Source of the DNA: Macrostomum hystrix
Taxonomy: Eukaryota; Animalia; Platyhelminthes
Direction: 5' to 3'
NCBI GenBank assembly: GCA_950097015.1
Contig: CATNEN010000038.1
Location: 29,636,001-29,700,000, forward strand
DNA length: 64,000 bases
The first letter of the stretch is position 1; every line of letters begins with the position of its first letter. Positions 1 through 12,322 of this stretch are shown here, in pieces. A model generated the notes under the pieces. The model ran no database searches and had not been told where the DNA came from. It was given only the letters and a program-made list of their open reading frames with translations. The position numbers and the translations under genes were made by a program.

Positions 1-890
1 CGGTTCGGAGACTGGCACGGCTAGTACAGTCGTCAAGTTCTGCGTCAAGGAGAAGTACTCGACTGGTGAGTAAAACTTTGGCTTATAGTTTTAAATAGTA
101 AAGAGTAATCAAGTCTGCAAATGGACAGTGGCAAAGTGGAGACAATGAGAATCTTTGAAAAGAAACGATCAAAGCCAGGCAAAACGATAAAGCTTATAGT
201 TTTTTTCCTGCGCCAACCAGACAGATCGAACTGTCGTTTCGATCGGCACGCAGTTGTCATAAGATTGTTTTCTTTATCCTATTCATGTAATTGTCATATT
301 TATCCCTCTCTGCATGCATCTAGGTCAGATAGGGGGTCTAGGCAGATTGGTTTAACACGTTTGCCTCTCGCCCCAAGGTCTCTAAGCTCGATTCCGCGGC
401 GAGGCCACATTTATTTGGGTCGCAGTCGCTGAGAGAAGGCTTTGGGGGCTTGTCGAGCAATCTGCGCCCTTGAGGGCCAACCTGTACACACCTGTGCGAG
501 TGTTAACCTGGGTACAGTATCTGTGTGCTCAGGAGTCAGCGAAACGGCAGTATTGCCTCCTCGCTGGCTCCGGGTCTAGTGCCACCAAATTATGTGCCAT
601 TGCCAGCAGGCCTCCTGCAATTATTATTATTATTATTATTATGCATCTAGTACTGCATTGATAACCTACCGTCTGCAGGTGTGCCGGCGCGCTATCGCAA
701 GGTAAGCGAAGGTCCGCCATTTGTCATCAAGTCACGCAGCCTCGACAGGCGCCGCTGCCTGACCAAAGCCACTAGTCTGCAGGCCACTGACGAAGAGGAA
801 GTAGCCGCGGCATCCCGGCAGCTGCAGCTGCAGGAAATGGGCCGACAGAACTCCGTACCCATCCCGCTGGCCGATCAAAGCGACCTATGA
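1..890 (+). CDS. 3' end of an unidentified spliced gene (exons <1-65, 679-890)
   Basis: Frame from nt 2 reads GSETGTASTVVKFCVKEKYST-g|GTGAGT. Acceptor CTGCAG|gt at 678 restores the frame (phase 1) into ORF 681-890 ending ...ADQSDL*. No family recognised. Confidence 0.6.
331..641 (+). mobile_element. tRNA-derived SINE family A
   Basis: B-box-like GCTCGATTCC, shared body (gcggcgaggccacatt...gctcaggagtcagcg...gggtctagtgccaccaaat), (TTA)n tail; about 10 copies in the window. Confidence 0.8.
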
Positions 891-1216
891 GCTACGACAG
901 TCTGACCAGATGAGCTTGAGTACCTTGAAAAGTTGCGTAATCAAGTTAAGCGTTGCACTAATTTGATGGCGTTAATTTGTCTGACTTTGACGGCCTGACC
1001 TGGGAAAATGCTCCCGATCAGCATCAACATCTAGTCTTGAAAGTTTTCATTTTTGTGTACAAATCAGACAAGAGAATTACGCTTTAGAGCAAGGTATGCT
1101 GATTGCAGAATCCAATATCCTAAATTGATTTCTATAGATTAATTGTATTATTTACGTTTAAACTAACTGAAACACGGCTTTTTAATTTAAGGTCAGATGT
1201 TAAATGCTCTACGTGT

Positions 1217-1895
1217 TAGGACCACCTGTCAGTACTACGTAAGAACATAGGACCACCTGTGATTACTACCTAGGACCACCTGTGATTACTACCTAGGACC
1301 ACCTGTGATTACTAGCTAGGACCACCTGTGATTACTAGCTAGGACCACCTGTGATTACTAGCTAGGACCACCTGTGATTACTACCTAGGACATAGGACCA
1401 CCTGTGATTGCTACCTAAGCACATAGGACCACCTGTGATTAATACCTTAATTGGACCTAGGACCACCTGTGATTAATACCTTGGACCTAGGACCACCTGT
1501 GATTAATACCTTGGACCTAGGACCACCTGTGATTAATACCTTGGACCTAGGACCACCTGTGATTAATACCCTGGACCTAGGACCACCTGTGATTAATACC
1601 TTGGACCTAGGACCACCTGTGATTAATACCTTGGACCTAGGACCACCTGTGATTAATACCTTGGACCTAGGACCACCTGTGATTAATACCTTGGACCTAG
1701 GACCACCTGTGATTAATACCTTGGACCTAGGACCACCTGTGATTAATACCTTGGACCTAGGACCACCTGTGATTAATACCTTGGACCTAGGACCACCTGT
1801 GATTAATACCTTGGACCTAGGACCACCTGTGATTAATACCTTGGACCTAGGACCACCTGTGATTAATACCTTGGACCTAGGACCACCTGTGATTG
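1217..1895. repeat. Minisatellite: 23-bp units grading into homogeneous 30-bp units (ttggacctaggaccacctgtgattaatacc)
   Basis: Direct periodicity; 10-aa repeat in both overlapping ORFs. Confidence 0.95.
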
Positions 1896-3472
1896 ATCGA
1901 TCCCAGTACAATTATCAATGCTTCTTAACTGGTATCTATGTACTGTTAATACCGTTGATGCTACAAATTTCTCACCTAAAACGCTTAGGTGATAGTCTAA
2001 ATCGATGACAGAGCATAGACCATTCAAACGTGAATTAAATTAGCAGCTTCTGAAGTCTTAGTTTACTTTAAATAGATTTTTCCTAAGTCTCTGAAATCAG
2101 TAATGCCGACATTAATAGAGCCTTCCTAACTTCTGTCACCGCTCCAATGACTTATTAATTTACTCACCATCTCGTTTTTCAACAATTTTGTCATTTATCA
2201 AGCAACTATTATCTATCTCATTGTAATGGCTTGTTGAACTTATATTTAAGATGCAAGAGTAAACCATAAGACATTTTCTTGGTGTTATATCGGTGAACTA
2301 TTAATCAGCAATAATATTTAATATTTAATTTTGCATAAATTAATTTTTGTTCTATCTAATAAGTCTCTTGCGAAACTATATTTTAGCTTGCTATACAACA
2401 AAAATATATAAATAATAATAAGGCCCAGCTTCCTATATATCTAATGCGTTAGGCAGTGCTGTTCATTGTGTAACTTGAATAACTCTTCAATTTGATCGTA
2501 CGCTCCATTTTAACAATTCGTGGCTTTCTTTATCTACTAATTATAATACATGTATTCTCCAGCCTAAACCTTTACGAAGCACAGAATATATTTTATCCCG
2601 CTCTGATAGGCCTCAGAATATCGCTTAAGCATTGAAAAGCCTTGCCTATTTTTGTCGTGCAATCTTCTATATGATACAGCATCATTCGCTATCCTGATAT
2701 TATATGCTAATTATTAAAACAAACATATTACTCTACTTGTAGTAGACTACCAGAAGGTTTGACACTTACTTATTTAACAAAAATATATTTTTCGAATCTT
2801 GACACGACTACGATAGACCTGTTGTTGCATGCTTAATTTCCTACTGCTGCTGCGGTAAGGAACAGTGCAATTTCTAATTACTTTGATTTATGCAAATCAT
2901 TTATTTCTACATTAGTCATTTGTTAATCAATTGAAAATGGATGGCATCAGACAATATTATTAAAAGAATGTGGCAAAATAGTTATAAACGCTGAACTTAA
3001 ATTTCCTGTGTTTAGTCACAAGACATTTTGAAGGATTTTTATTCTGCCTTGTGCGTATTCTAAACTTCTAGAAGAGAACTACATACAAATGACATCGTAA
3101 ACCGCAAAGTTTCAGATTTTTCTATACATATCGGTTACTAAAATTTTGCAAGCATTTTAAATTGATGAAGATATCTTCACAGAAGACTGGTGGATGGTTC
3201 TAAAAAAAAAAACATTATTTTTGTTTGTAATACAGGCTGTAATTACTCTTTGTGATGGGTAATGTTATGCTCCTTATTCAACAGTTTAGACTTAAAGCAC
3301 ACCACTAGTGCTTCGATTTTTCGCTTTGGTTCAGTCAAACAAAAAATAATGATGAATTTCACTATAGTTAGTACATGAATTTTCATTCTTTTAGCTTCTG
3401 TAGCGAAAAATAAAGGGCCAAATTAGGCAAAATTATGACGCCCCTTGCCGCTCAAGAGCCTTCACAGCATCT

Positions 3473-3544
3473 TGCCGTGACCAGGATTCGAACCTGGGTT
3501 GTCTCGGCCACAACGAGAAGTACTAACCACTATACGATCACGGC
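3473..3544 (-). tRNA. tRNA-His (GTG)
   Basis: Reverse complement GCCGTGATCGTATAGTGGTTAGTACTTCTCGTTGTGGCCGAGACAACCCAGGTTCGAATCCTGGTCACGGCA. Perfect acceptor, anticodon (TCTCG/CGAGA) and T (CCAGG/CCTGG) stems; typical metazoan tRNA-His. G-1 is not encoded, as is usual. Confidence 0.96.
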
Positions 3545-4754
3545 TAACCGGCGCCTGGCTAAAACCTGCAAAGAAGACCATTATAATCTTATGCAATACA
3601 CTATAACGAATAAAAAATACACTTGCAAAGGCTACACAGCACACTTGCGATGCCATTGCAAATATCAATGGATTGCAGTATTATTTTACTATAATTTCTT
3701 ATGCTATGCTTTGCTATGCAGCTCACATAGCTTTATAAGTCAGTAGATTGCGGTCCAGGATGTCCATATATATATTTTGTCCCGTTTTCGCTTATGGGCA
3801 AACATCACTTCGCATCACATTTTCGAACTTATATTTATATGTAGCAATGTAAATCAAGCTGTACCTAAGAACTTATTGAGTCAAAGGCAGGCAGTTACGA
3901 TGTTAATGATTTCCTTTCATTTGTGCAGCTTGTCGCAACTTTGAATGTTGGACTTGAAACAAGAGTAGAGTCCAAAGGCCAAGTTTGAAAAAAAAATAAT
4001 AACGTAATTGAGAAACGAAGAGCTTGTAAATTAATTTCATATTTCAAGAAGTTTTATTAGTTAAATCCGTTCCGTGAAAATGTAAAAACTTCTCGGAATT
4101 AAAAAGTGCCAAAATATTTTTTAAGATAAACTGCAAAAACCGCTACTGTAAGTAGAACATAGTAGAAAATAGGATTTTCATTCCTATTATTTAATAAATT
4201 CAAGAATCCATTTTGATATCTAAAAATCGTAAATTAACTGAACAAATTTAACGGACAGAGCAGACATTTGAACAAAATACACCAAGTCTTAGAATAATGA
4301 GCTCGACGATTTTACTCCCAGATAAATAAATGAGAAATTTCAGATTTTTTCAGTTAAAATTGCAATAGATCGGCCGTCAAACTGTCATGCTCAAGCGGCA
4401 TCTCTGACTCATCTAATGCCTGCATATGTTGTCTGCTGCTGCTGCTAGAACATTTTGAGCACAGAAAATATGATACAATCTCTGTTCGGTTATTGATTCC
4501 TCTCTTTTAGGATTGGAGCTGACAGTCGTCAACTGTATATTTCCTGCCGTCATGATTTTCCAGTCATTGATAGGACAATTATATTTTTATCCAAATTGTT
4601 CTGAACGAGGAAAAATAATAGAGGGATTCTCATAACTGATGGTGCACACTATTTCAATTGCGACTAAAATGGCAACGATTAATTCTTACCATTCTTTCAT
4701 TTTTATTGCACATATACGAGTATGTGGCCTTCTCTATCCTCATCCAACTGCTTC

Positions 4755-6135
4755 CCTATTCTCATCACATCTCTACTCTATTCTCATCACATCTCTACTC
4801 TATTCTCATCACATCTCTACTCTATTAATATCAAATCTCTACTCTATTCTCATCACATCTCTACTCTATTCTCATCACATCTCTACTCTATTCTCATCAC
4901 ATCTTAACTCTATTAATATCAAATCTCTACTCTATTCTCATCACATCTCTACTCTATTCTCATCACATCTCTACTCTATTCTCATCACATCTCTACTCTA
5001 TTCTCATCGCATCTCTAGTCTATTCTCATCGCATCTCTACTCTATTCTCATCACATCTCTACTCTATTAATATCAAATCTCTACTCTACTCTCATCACAT
5101 CTCTACTCTATTCTCATCACATCTCTACTCTATTCTCATCACATCTCTACTCTATTCTCATCACATCTCTACTCTATTCTCATCACATCTCTACTCTATT
5201 CTCATCACATCTCTACTCTATTCTCATCACGTCTCTACTCTATTCTCATCACATCTCTACTCTATTCTCATCACATCTCTACTCTATTCTGATCGCATCT
5301 CTGCTCTATTCTCATCACATCTCTACTCTATTAATATCAAATCTCTACTCTATTCTCATCACGTCTCTACTCTATTCTCATCACATCTCTACTCTATTCT
5401 CATTACATCTCTACTCTATTCTCATCACATCTCTACTCTATTCTCATCACATCTCTACTCTATTAATATCAAATCTCTACTCTATTCTCATCACATCTCT
5501 ACTCTATTCTCATCACATCTCTACTCTATTCTCATCACATCTCTACTCTATTAATATCAAATCTCTACTCTATTCTCATCACATCTCTACTCTATTCTCA
5601 TCACATCTCTACTCTATTCTCATCACATCTCTACTCTATTCTCATCACATCTCTACTCTATTAATATCAAATCTCTACTCTATTCTCATCACGTCTCTAC
5701 TCTATTCTCATCACATCTCTACTCTATTCTCATCACATCTCTACTCTATTCTCATCACATCTCTACTCTATTCTCATCACGTCTCTACTCTATTCTCATC
5801 ACATCTCTACTCTATTCTCATCACATCTCTACTCTATTCTGATCGCATCTCTACTCTATTCTCATCACATCTCTACTCTATTCTGATCGCATCTCTACTC
5901 TATTCTCATCACGTCTCTACTCTTTTCTCATCACATCTCTACTCTATTCTCATTACATCTCTACTCTATTCTCATCACATCTCTACTCTATTCTCATCAC
6001 ATCTCTACTCTATTCTCATCACGTCTCTACTCTATTCTCATCACATCTCTACTCTATTCTCATCACATCTCTACTCTATTCTCATCACATCTCTACTCTA
6101 TTAATATCAAATCTCTACTCTATTCTCATCACATC
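4755..6135. repeat. 22-bp minisatellite (tctctactctattctcatcaca)
   Basis: Direct periodicity, with a recurring ttaatatcaaa variant unit. Confidence 0.95.
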
Positions 6136-6868
6136 CTCGTAGATAGATTAATAGATAGATTAAATGAAAAATGTGAATTTTCTGTAAGCCTTCAAATCAA
6201 GATTAGTTGGAAATACAGCTTGAGGAAAGTCAAAGAAAGTTGAGTTCAATTTCACAGAATTTTTTGGAGAGCACGACGCGGCACTCCTCTGGATGGACGC
6301 ATCTAGCAAATCCCTGGCCGGACAGCTAAAAATAGCCGCATGCTCCTGTCGCACTACTTTGTACTCCAGTACTCAAGGCAACATCCTCTAATACCCACAT
6401 CTTGTGAAGTCTCTTTAGCTCTTCCTTCTCCCTGTGCATAGGAAGCCAGTCATTGATTTTTCATGAGCTTGTAGATCGCGGACAGACATGGCTGGGAATG
6501 AAACTAAATTTAGTTCCCAACTGAAGTTGTGGGAAAGCCAGGAAAGCCCGTTGTATCCCTAGCATCTGGCAAGGCCATATTTGGGCATCGAGCATGGATA
6601 AAGGGAAGAAACCTCGATCGAATAGGAGAAGGGAGATTAACTTGCTCAGCCAGTCAGAGTCGGCTATTGGAGAGTTAGGGAATTCCTGGCCTCATCTATT
6701 GGTGGTCCCCTTGGCTGTTCAGTCCGCTAAAAAATAGATAAAGGAGTACTCTATACTACATCTGTCTCGACTCCAAGCGATATTGATAGATACCATAAGC
6801 TACCGAATAGCCGCGCGTTTGGCATCACTGTCAAAGCTAAACTTAAAACACTTTTAAGTTAAAACAAA

Positions 6869-9682
6869 ATGCGCGATTCCGATGTGTCGCTTGAGTCGCT
6901 GCTCAAACTGCTTCGGCCGGGCATGCCTCGAGTTGTGCCTGATCAGAGACTGAAATTCGCTGAAGATCCACTGTTCAATCGTCTGCAGCAAGAGAACGCG
7001 GTGAGTGCATGTTAAATTGGCTATTTTTTCTAACTGCTCAAAAACTATCTTGGGCTAATTTACAACCTCCAGTGTGATCTCACATTTGAGTAGCATAGTC
7101 AAACGAACTTTCGTATTTCAGGTAGCCTACTCACCTAGTCGAGACAGACCTATTGAGGAACGCCGCTGTCTGATGCTTCAAGAGCTTCAAGAGGGCTTCA
7201 TTACTCTGGTCAGTGTTTGAGTGTTTGAGTGTTTGAGTGTTGATGACACACAAAAATGTGTCATCAACCCCTACCGAATTAAATATTATTTTCAGGTAAA
7301 AAAGTTACAATTTTTTAAGGGGCCTCAATTCCAGAGATGACTGAATTGATTAAGTAATAGCAATTACTAGCTTACTCATTTTTCAAGCAAGTAATTAGCC
7401 TGAATTGTGAATTTGAGAGGCCCAGAAGGTTGATCAGCTATTAGTAGACAAAAGGCATCAGAAGCAGCCTCTGCTTTCTCTTTCTCTTTTAAAAAAAACC
7501 GACGAGGCATAAACGGTAGCGGCATTTTTTAAAATACAAAATGTCAAATTTGCTGCTCCATGCCTCTAGATGGAGCAGCTCCATGCTGCTAGATGACTCT
7601 AGCTAGCTTTTGTCTCTGTCATTGTGTTTGTTATCCGCGGCGGCGGGGGCGGTCGTGGTAGAACTCGGAATTTCAATCGATTGGTAACAATTAGAATCGG
7701 CAAATGGCTGCCTATATGCAGCTAAAAATTGCTCAGTTAAAGACGGTTTTGTCCCAAAATGTTTAGCAGCACTTGGCACAGCTGACAAATAAATAGATGA
7801 GCCGCTTGGTTGTTGAGGTATTATTAGAATTAAAATTGAGCCACATTCTTACATGTGATGGAAGGATCAGGAAAGAATTGTGAATTATAGATTTTCCTTT
7901 ACTTTGTGGAGGCGATTCCATCGATTCCGCGACCTCCGAGCACACACACTCACACAGCTGTGTACAGCTGCCCTTGAATTTCTCGTCGTCAGGCAGTGTA
8001 CACTCTCACTGTGCCTTGGGGGTTGGCCCTCAAGGGCGTAAATTGCACGACAAGCCTCCAAGCCTTCTCGCCGCGGCTGCGCCCCAAATGAATGTGGCAT
8101 CGCCGCGGAATCGAGCCCAGGGACCTTGGTGAAAGAGGCAAAAGCGTTAACCGCTCTGCCACCGACCACCGTCTTTTATACTTAGCCTATTGGTTTTTTC
8201 AATGGCCTTGCCTAGGGGACTTTCAGGTGTATGTAGATTTTTATGTAGAAAGTTAGATTTCATTTTAACAGGCCCTCTGCTCCGTGGGCTTAACCCTGCG
8301 TCTAGTGGTGGACTCAACTCCATGGCAGGCCAAGCCGCACGCCTCCAGGCTGGTGACAGACGATGTGGCTCGTCTGGACTCTTCCGGCTGGGTGAGAACA
8401 ACCTACTGGCTATGCTCAAGTACAGGGATGGCATTTAGCTAGCGGGCCAAAGAGAGAGCCTAAAAGACGACAGCGGGCCGCATTGACTGTAGAAAAATGA
8501 GACAGGGGAGAGATGAGACACGGGAGAGATGAGACACAGAAGAGATGAGGCACGGGAGAGATGAGACACGGGAGAGATGAGACACGGGAGAGATGAGACA
8601 CGGGAGAGATGAGACACGGGAGAGATGAGACATGGGAGAGATGAGACACGGGAGAGATGAGGCACGGGAGAGATGAGACACGGGAGAGATGAGACACGGG
8701 AGAGATGAGACACGGGAGAGATGAGGCACGGGAGAGATTAGACACGGGTGAGATGAGACACGGGGAGAGATAAGACACGGGAGAGATGAGACACGGGGAG
8801 ATGAGACACGGGAGAGATGAGACACGGGGAGAGATAAGACACGGGAGAGATGATACCGAGGTGAAATGAGGCAAGGGAAAGATGCAAAAGGATTACTGCA
8901 GGTGTCGCAAGGGGCAACGGGCCGGATTTGGGAGCTTCGAGGGCCGCATCTGGCCCGCGGGCCGGAGTTTGCCGACCTTTGCTTTTAACTAATTATTAAT
9001 CCAATGAGCAACCACCTGTTTAGGTGCACATCAAGACACATTTCATTCTCAACGGTGTCTGCGTGATCTGGTTGGGCCGAGTCAGCACAATCAACTTGAC
9101 TGGCAGCGGCAAGATTCTGATTGACAAGGAGAAAGCTGACGTAAGTTTAAAAAATTGTCGTTGAGTTGTAGGGGCTGATCTACTGAAGTTTCGCAGAGTT
9201 ATAGGGGCTGATCTACTGAAGTATCGCAGAGTTATAGAGGCTGATCTACTGAAGTATCGCAGTGTTATAGGGGCTGATCTACTGAAGTATCGCAGAGTTA
9301 TAGGGGCTGATCTACTGAAGTATCGCAGAGTTATAGAGGCTGATCTACTGAAGTATCGCAGTGTTATAGGGGCTGATCTACTGAAGTATCGCAGTGTTAT
9401 AGGGGCTGATCTACTGAAGTATCGCAGAGTTATAGGGGCTGATCTACTGAAGTATCGCAGAGTTATAGAGGCTGATCTACTGAAGTATCGCAGAGTTATA
9501 GGGGCTGATCTACTGAAGTATCGCAGAGTTATAGGGGCTGATCTTGCAAAAACTCTCGTAATTGGCAGGTGGAGAGACAGGCCCTGAAGGAGCACCTGCT
9601 AGCCTATCACAGTAGAATGCTGCAGGCTTCGGCTTCAAGTGCTGCTGCCGAAGCTTCCATTCTGCTGCCTCATCATCATCAT

Positions 9683-9745
<63 letters not shown>

Positions 9746-9808
9746 CTACCCTTACAGCATTCAAGCCGCAGATGCTCAGCTTTTGAACCTTTCAATCGGA
9801 GCCAATAA
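6869..9808 (+). CDS. CBFB: Core-binding factor beta subunit (CBF-beta/Brother). Exons 6869-7000, 7122-7208, 8272-8391, 9024-9140, 9569-9808; about 231 aa
   Basis: Spliced product MPRVVPDQRLKF...RDRPIEERR...HFILNGVCVIWLG...G.G.I.IDKEKA matches the CBF-beta signature. All introns are GT-AG, phase 0, with exon sizes (78 from MPRV, 87, 120, 117) mirroring vertebrate CBFB. Confidence 0.93.
7905..8170 (-). mobile_element. SINE family A, in CBF-beta intron 2
   Basis: Reverse complement of the family A head (tggcagagcgg...ggctcgattccgcggcg) and body. Confidence 0.75.
8423..8981 (+). mobile_element. hAT/Charlie-like MITE with internal 16-bp minisatellite, in CBF-beta intron 3
   Basis: Same left (gcgggccaaagagagagcctaaaagacgacagcgggccgc) and right (ggcccgcgggccggagtttgccgacc) arms as 45974-48734; TIRs decayed, no clear TSD. 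Confidence 0.8.
9165..9545. repeat. 33-bp minisatellite filling CBF-beta intron 4
   Basis: gatctactgaagtatcgcagagttataggggct, about 11 copies. Confidence 0.95.
9671..9745 (+). repeat. Coding (CAT)4 + CAA(CAG)18CAACAG, encoding His4-Gln21 in the CBF-beta tail
   Basis: Read directly from sequence. Confidence 0.9.
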
Positions 9809-10406
9809 ATTGGTTCAGATTTTTGTCCACAAAAAACCACACACGCTACTTGTGGCCAGTAGAAGTAGAAGCGTTTTTCAGTCGCGATCCAGATTTTTTT
9901 TATAAAATAAGACATCATTTAAATGTCAGGACTGTATAAAGTACTCATTCAGCTCAGAAATTTATTGAACACAATGTAAAGAGTAATTATAAAATAATTT
10001 AAGATAGACTGTAGCGCTATTTGGCTGTTCAGCAAAAAACTCATTTTACACGTCTTTTGTCAGGATAATTAATTAAGTAACCTAGGTGTGTTGTGTATTG
10101 TGAATTGTCGTTCTGACATATTTAATATTTTTCTTATCTCTTCTAAATTCCAATGTTTTAATATTTTTTATCGCTAGAATATTCGAGTTCTTTTTAAAAT
10201 ATGGATCTATCTTAAAATAAATATTAGTATGATCGTTTCAGTGGTATTAAACATAGATACCAAGGTGGTTGTCCTGGTGTTCATATAATCACGATGCAAA
10301 ATGAAATGGAAAAATAAAAACTGCACACGAAGCAGTTAAGCCAGGAGTAGAGCCATGCAGTGGCACAGCTCATAAGATAGCTCAGTAAAACAGTATAGCT
10401 TTGATA

Positions 10407-11698
10407 TACGAGGGGCACTAAAAAAGTTCTGAGCCTGACCAAGATCTTAGTGGCAAAGTGCTGAAACTTCAGGCTCTAAAAGCGGCACCTGTTAATAGTC
10501 TATTGTCAACTTTTCAGAATTTTGTGAATTCCCTATGTCCCACGGCACCATTATATTTCCAGCACCTCAGGCCATTTTCTCAAGAATTGAAGCTTGAGCA
10601 CAGGGCAGTGATCAAATTTCTGACTCTGGAGGCTCAAAGCCTGCTGACATTCAAAGCCGCATGGCTGGTGTGTACGCTGACGCTGCCCCCTCATACACCA
10701 CCATCAAGCGCTGGGCAGCCGAGTTCATGCGTGGCCGCGACTCGCTCGAAGATGACCCCCGATGCGGAAGACCCCGGACTGCTGCCACTGCCGAAATCCA
10801 GCGCATCCAGGCTCTGGTTGACGGTGACCGGCGGGTGAAAGTCAGGGAACTTGCGGCGGACACTGGACTCTCTGACCCGCAAGTCATTAAGATCCTGCAC
10901 CAGCATCCTTCATCTGTCCAAGGTTTCTGCCAGATGGATCCCACGAATCTTGACAAGGGACCAAAAGACCGCACGGGTGCAGTACTCAAAGCTTGTCCTG
11001 GACTGCTACGATCCGGACCCTGCCAACTTTCTGTCTTGCTGCGTGACCGGGGATGAGACGTGGATCCATCACCACGATCGCGAGTCCAAGCAGGAGTCCA
11101 AGCAGTGGCTGCCAGTTGGTTCACCTGCACCACTGAAGGCACGGAATGCATGCAGTACGGGCAAGATTATGCTGACCGTCTTCTGGGATGCCAAGGGCCC
11201 GCTGCTGCTGGACTTTCTACCGCACAAGCAGACAGTCACAGGCGCCTACTACGCTGACCTGATCGCCCGTCTGCGGGAGGCAATCAAGGAAAATAGGCGA
11301 GGGATGCTGAGCCGTGGTGTTGTGCTGCTGCATGACAACGCACCGGCCCACACCAGCAGGATTGCCAAGGCAGCTGTCAGTGTCGCAGGGTTCCGAGAGC
11401 TGCCGCACCCAGCCTATTCACAGGACCTGGCCCCGAGCGACTTCCACCTGTTTCCACATCTCAAGCGGGCGCTCCGTGGACAGCGATTTGACACTGATGA
11501 CGCGCTGAAGGATGCTGCAACTGCTTGGTTTGAGGGCTGCTCGATGCAATTCTTCCAGAGTGGCATTGAGGCGTTGCGATCAAGATGCCATAAGTGCATC
11601 TTGGTTGGGGGAGACTATGTTGAGAAATGCTGATCTCACTTTGCCCATATCTTCTCCTCTATTTCATATTGAGGCTCAGAACTTTAATAGAACTCGTA
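10407..11698 (+). mobile_element. Full-length mariner (DD34D) transposon
   Basis: Imperfect TIRs tacgaggggcactaaaaaagttctgagcct / aggctcagaactttaatagaactcgta, TA ends, about 1.3 kb. Confidence 0.92.
10584..11633 (+). pseudogene. Mariner transposase with two frameshifts (~10632, ~10908)
   Basis: EHRAVIKFL, DDPRCGRP, WIPRIL, TGDETW, HDNA and YSQDLAPSDFHLF motifs are split over three ORFs. Confidence 0.88.
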
Positions 11699-11792
11699 CA
11701 CGCATGTGCATTTGCATGTAAAAATATCGAAATTTCAGTAGAGCTGATGAAGCTACTGAAATCTTCTAGTACGGTACTAACCCAGTGCCATC

Positions 11793-12145
11793 GGGGTGAG
11801 TGGCAGAACGGTCTAACGCATTTGCCTCTCGCGCCAAGGTCCCTGAGCTCGATTCCGTGGCGAGGCCACATTCATTTGAGGCACAGCGCGGGGGCTTGTC
11901 GTGCAATTTACGCTCTTGACGACCAACCTCCAAGGCACATAAAGAGTGTACACTGTCTGATGAAGAGAAATTCAGGGCAGATGTACACGCCCTGTTTGTG
12001 TATGTGCCTGCGTGCGGTATCTGTGTGAGTGTGTGCTCAGGAGTCAGCGGAATGGGCAGAATTGTCTCCTCACTGGCTGCGGGTCTAGTGCCACCAAATG
12101 ATGTGCCATTGCCCGCTATCCTCCTGCAATTATTATTATTATTAT
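11793..12145 (+). mobile_element. SINE family A, near full length
   Basis: A-box TGGCAGAACGG, B-box-like GCTCGATTCC, (TTA)n tail. Confidence 0.85.
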
Positions 12146-12322
12146 AACCCGGTGCCACTCTTATATTGTTATATAAAAACAATAATTTGCAATCAAATAT
12201 TCTTACTTTTCTTAAAACACCATTAACCGATTTAAGTAAAAAGTTTAAGCGCTCGATACGGATTTGTTAGTAAATAGCTTTTTTATTACAGCCAGGTAAG
12301 TATAAGGTAACCAGGTAAGGCC

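Noticed and set aside
1447-2008. Repetitive ORFs here and at 8416, 9020, 27218, 30116, 33714, 37541, 41219, 42410-44083, 44837, 59533 and 60573
   Set aside because: Translations of minisatellites; several lie inside introns of real genes
6160-6700. Moderately GC-rich, coding-like stretch upstream of CBF-beta
   Set aside because: Stops in the frames inspected and no recognisable motif; may be an old TE but cannot be supported
7289-7340. TTTCAG|GTAAAA in CBF-beta intron 2 as an alternative terminal exon or recursive splice site
   Set aside because: Common motif in AT-rich introns; no independent support
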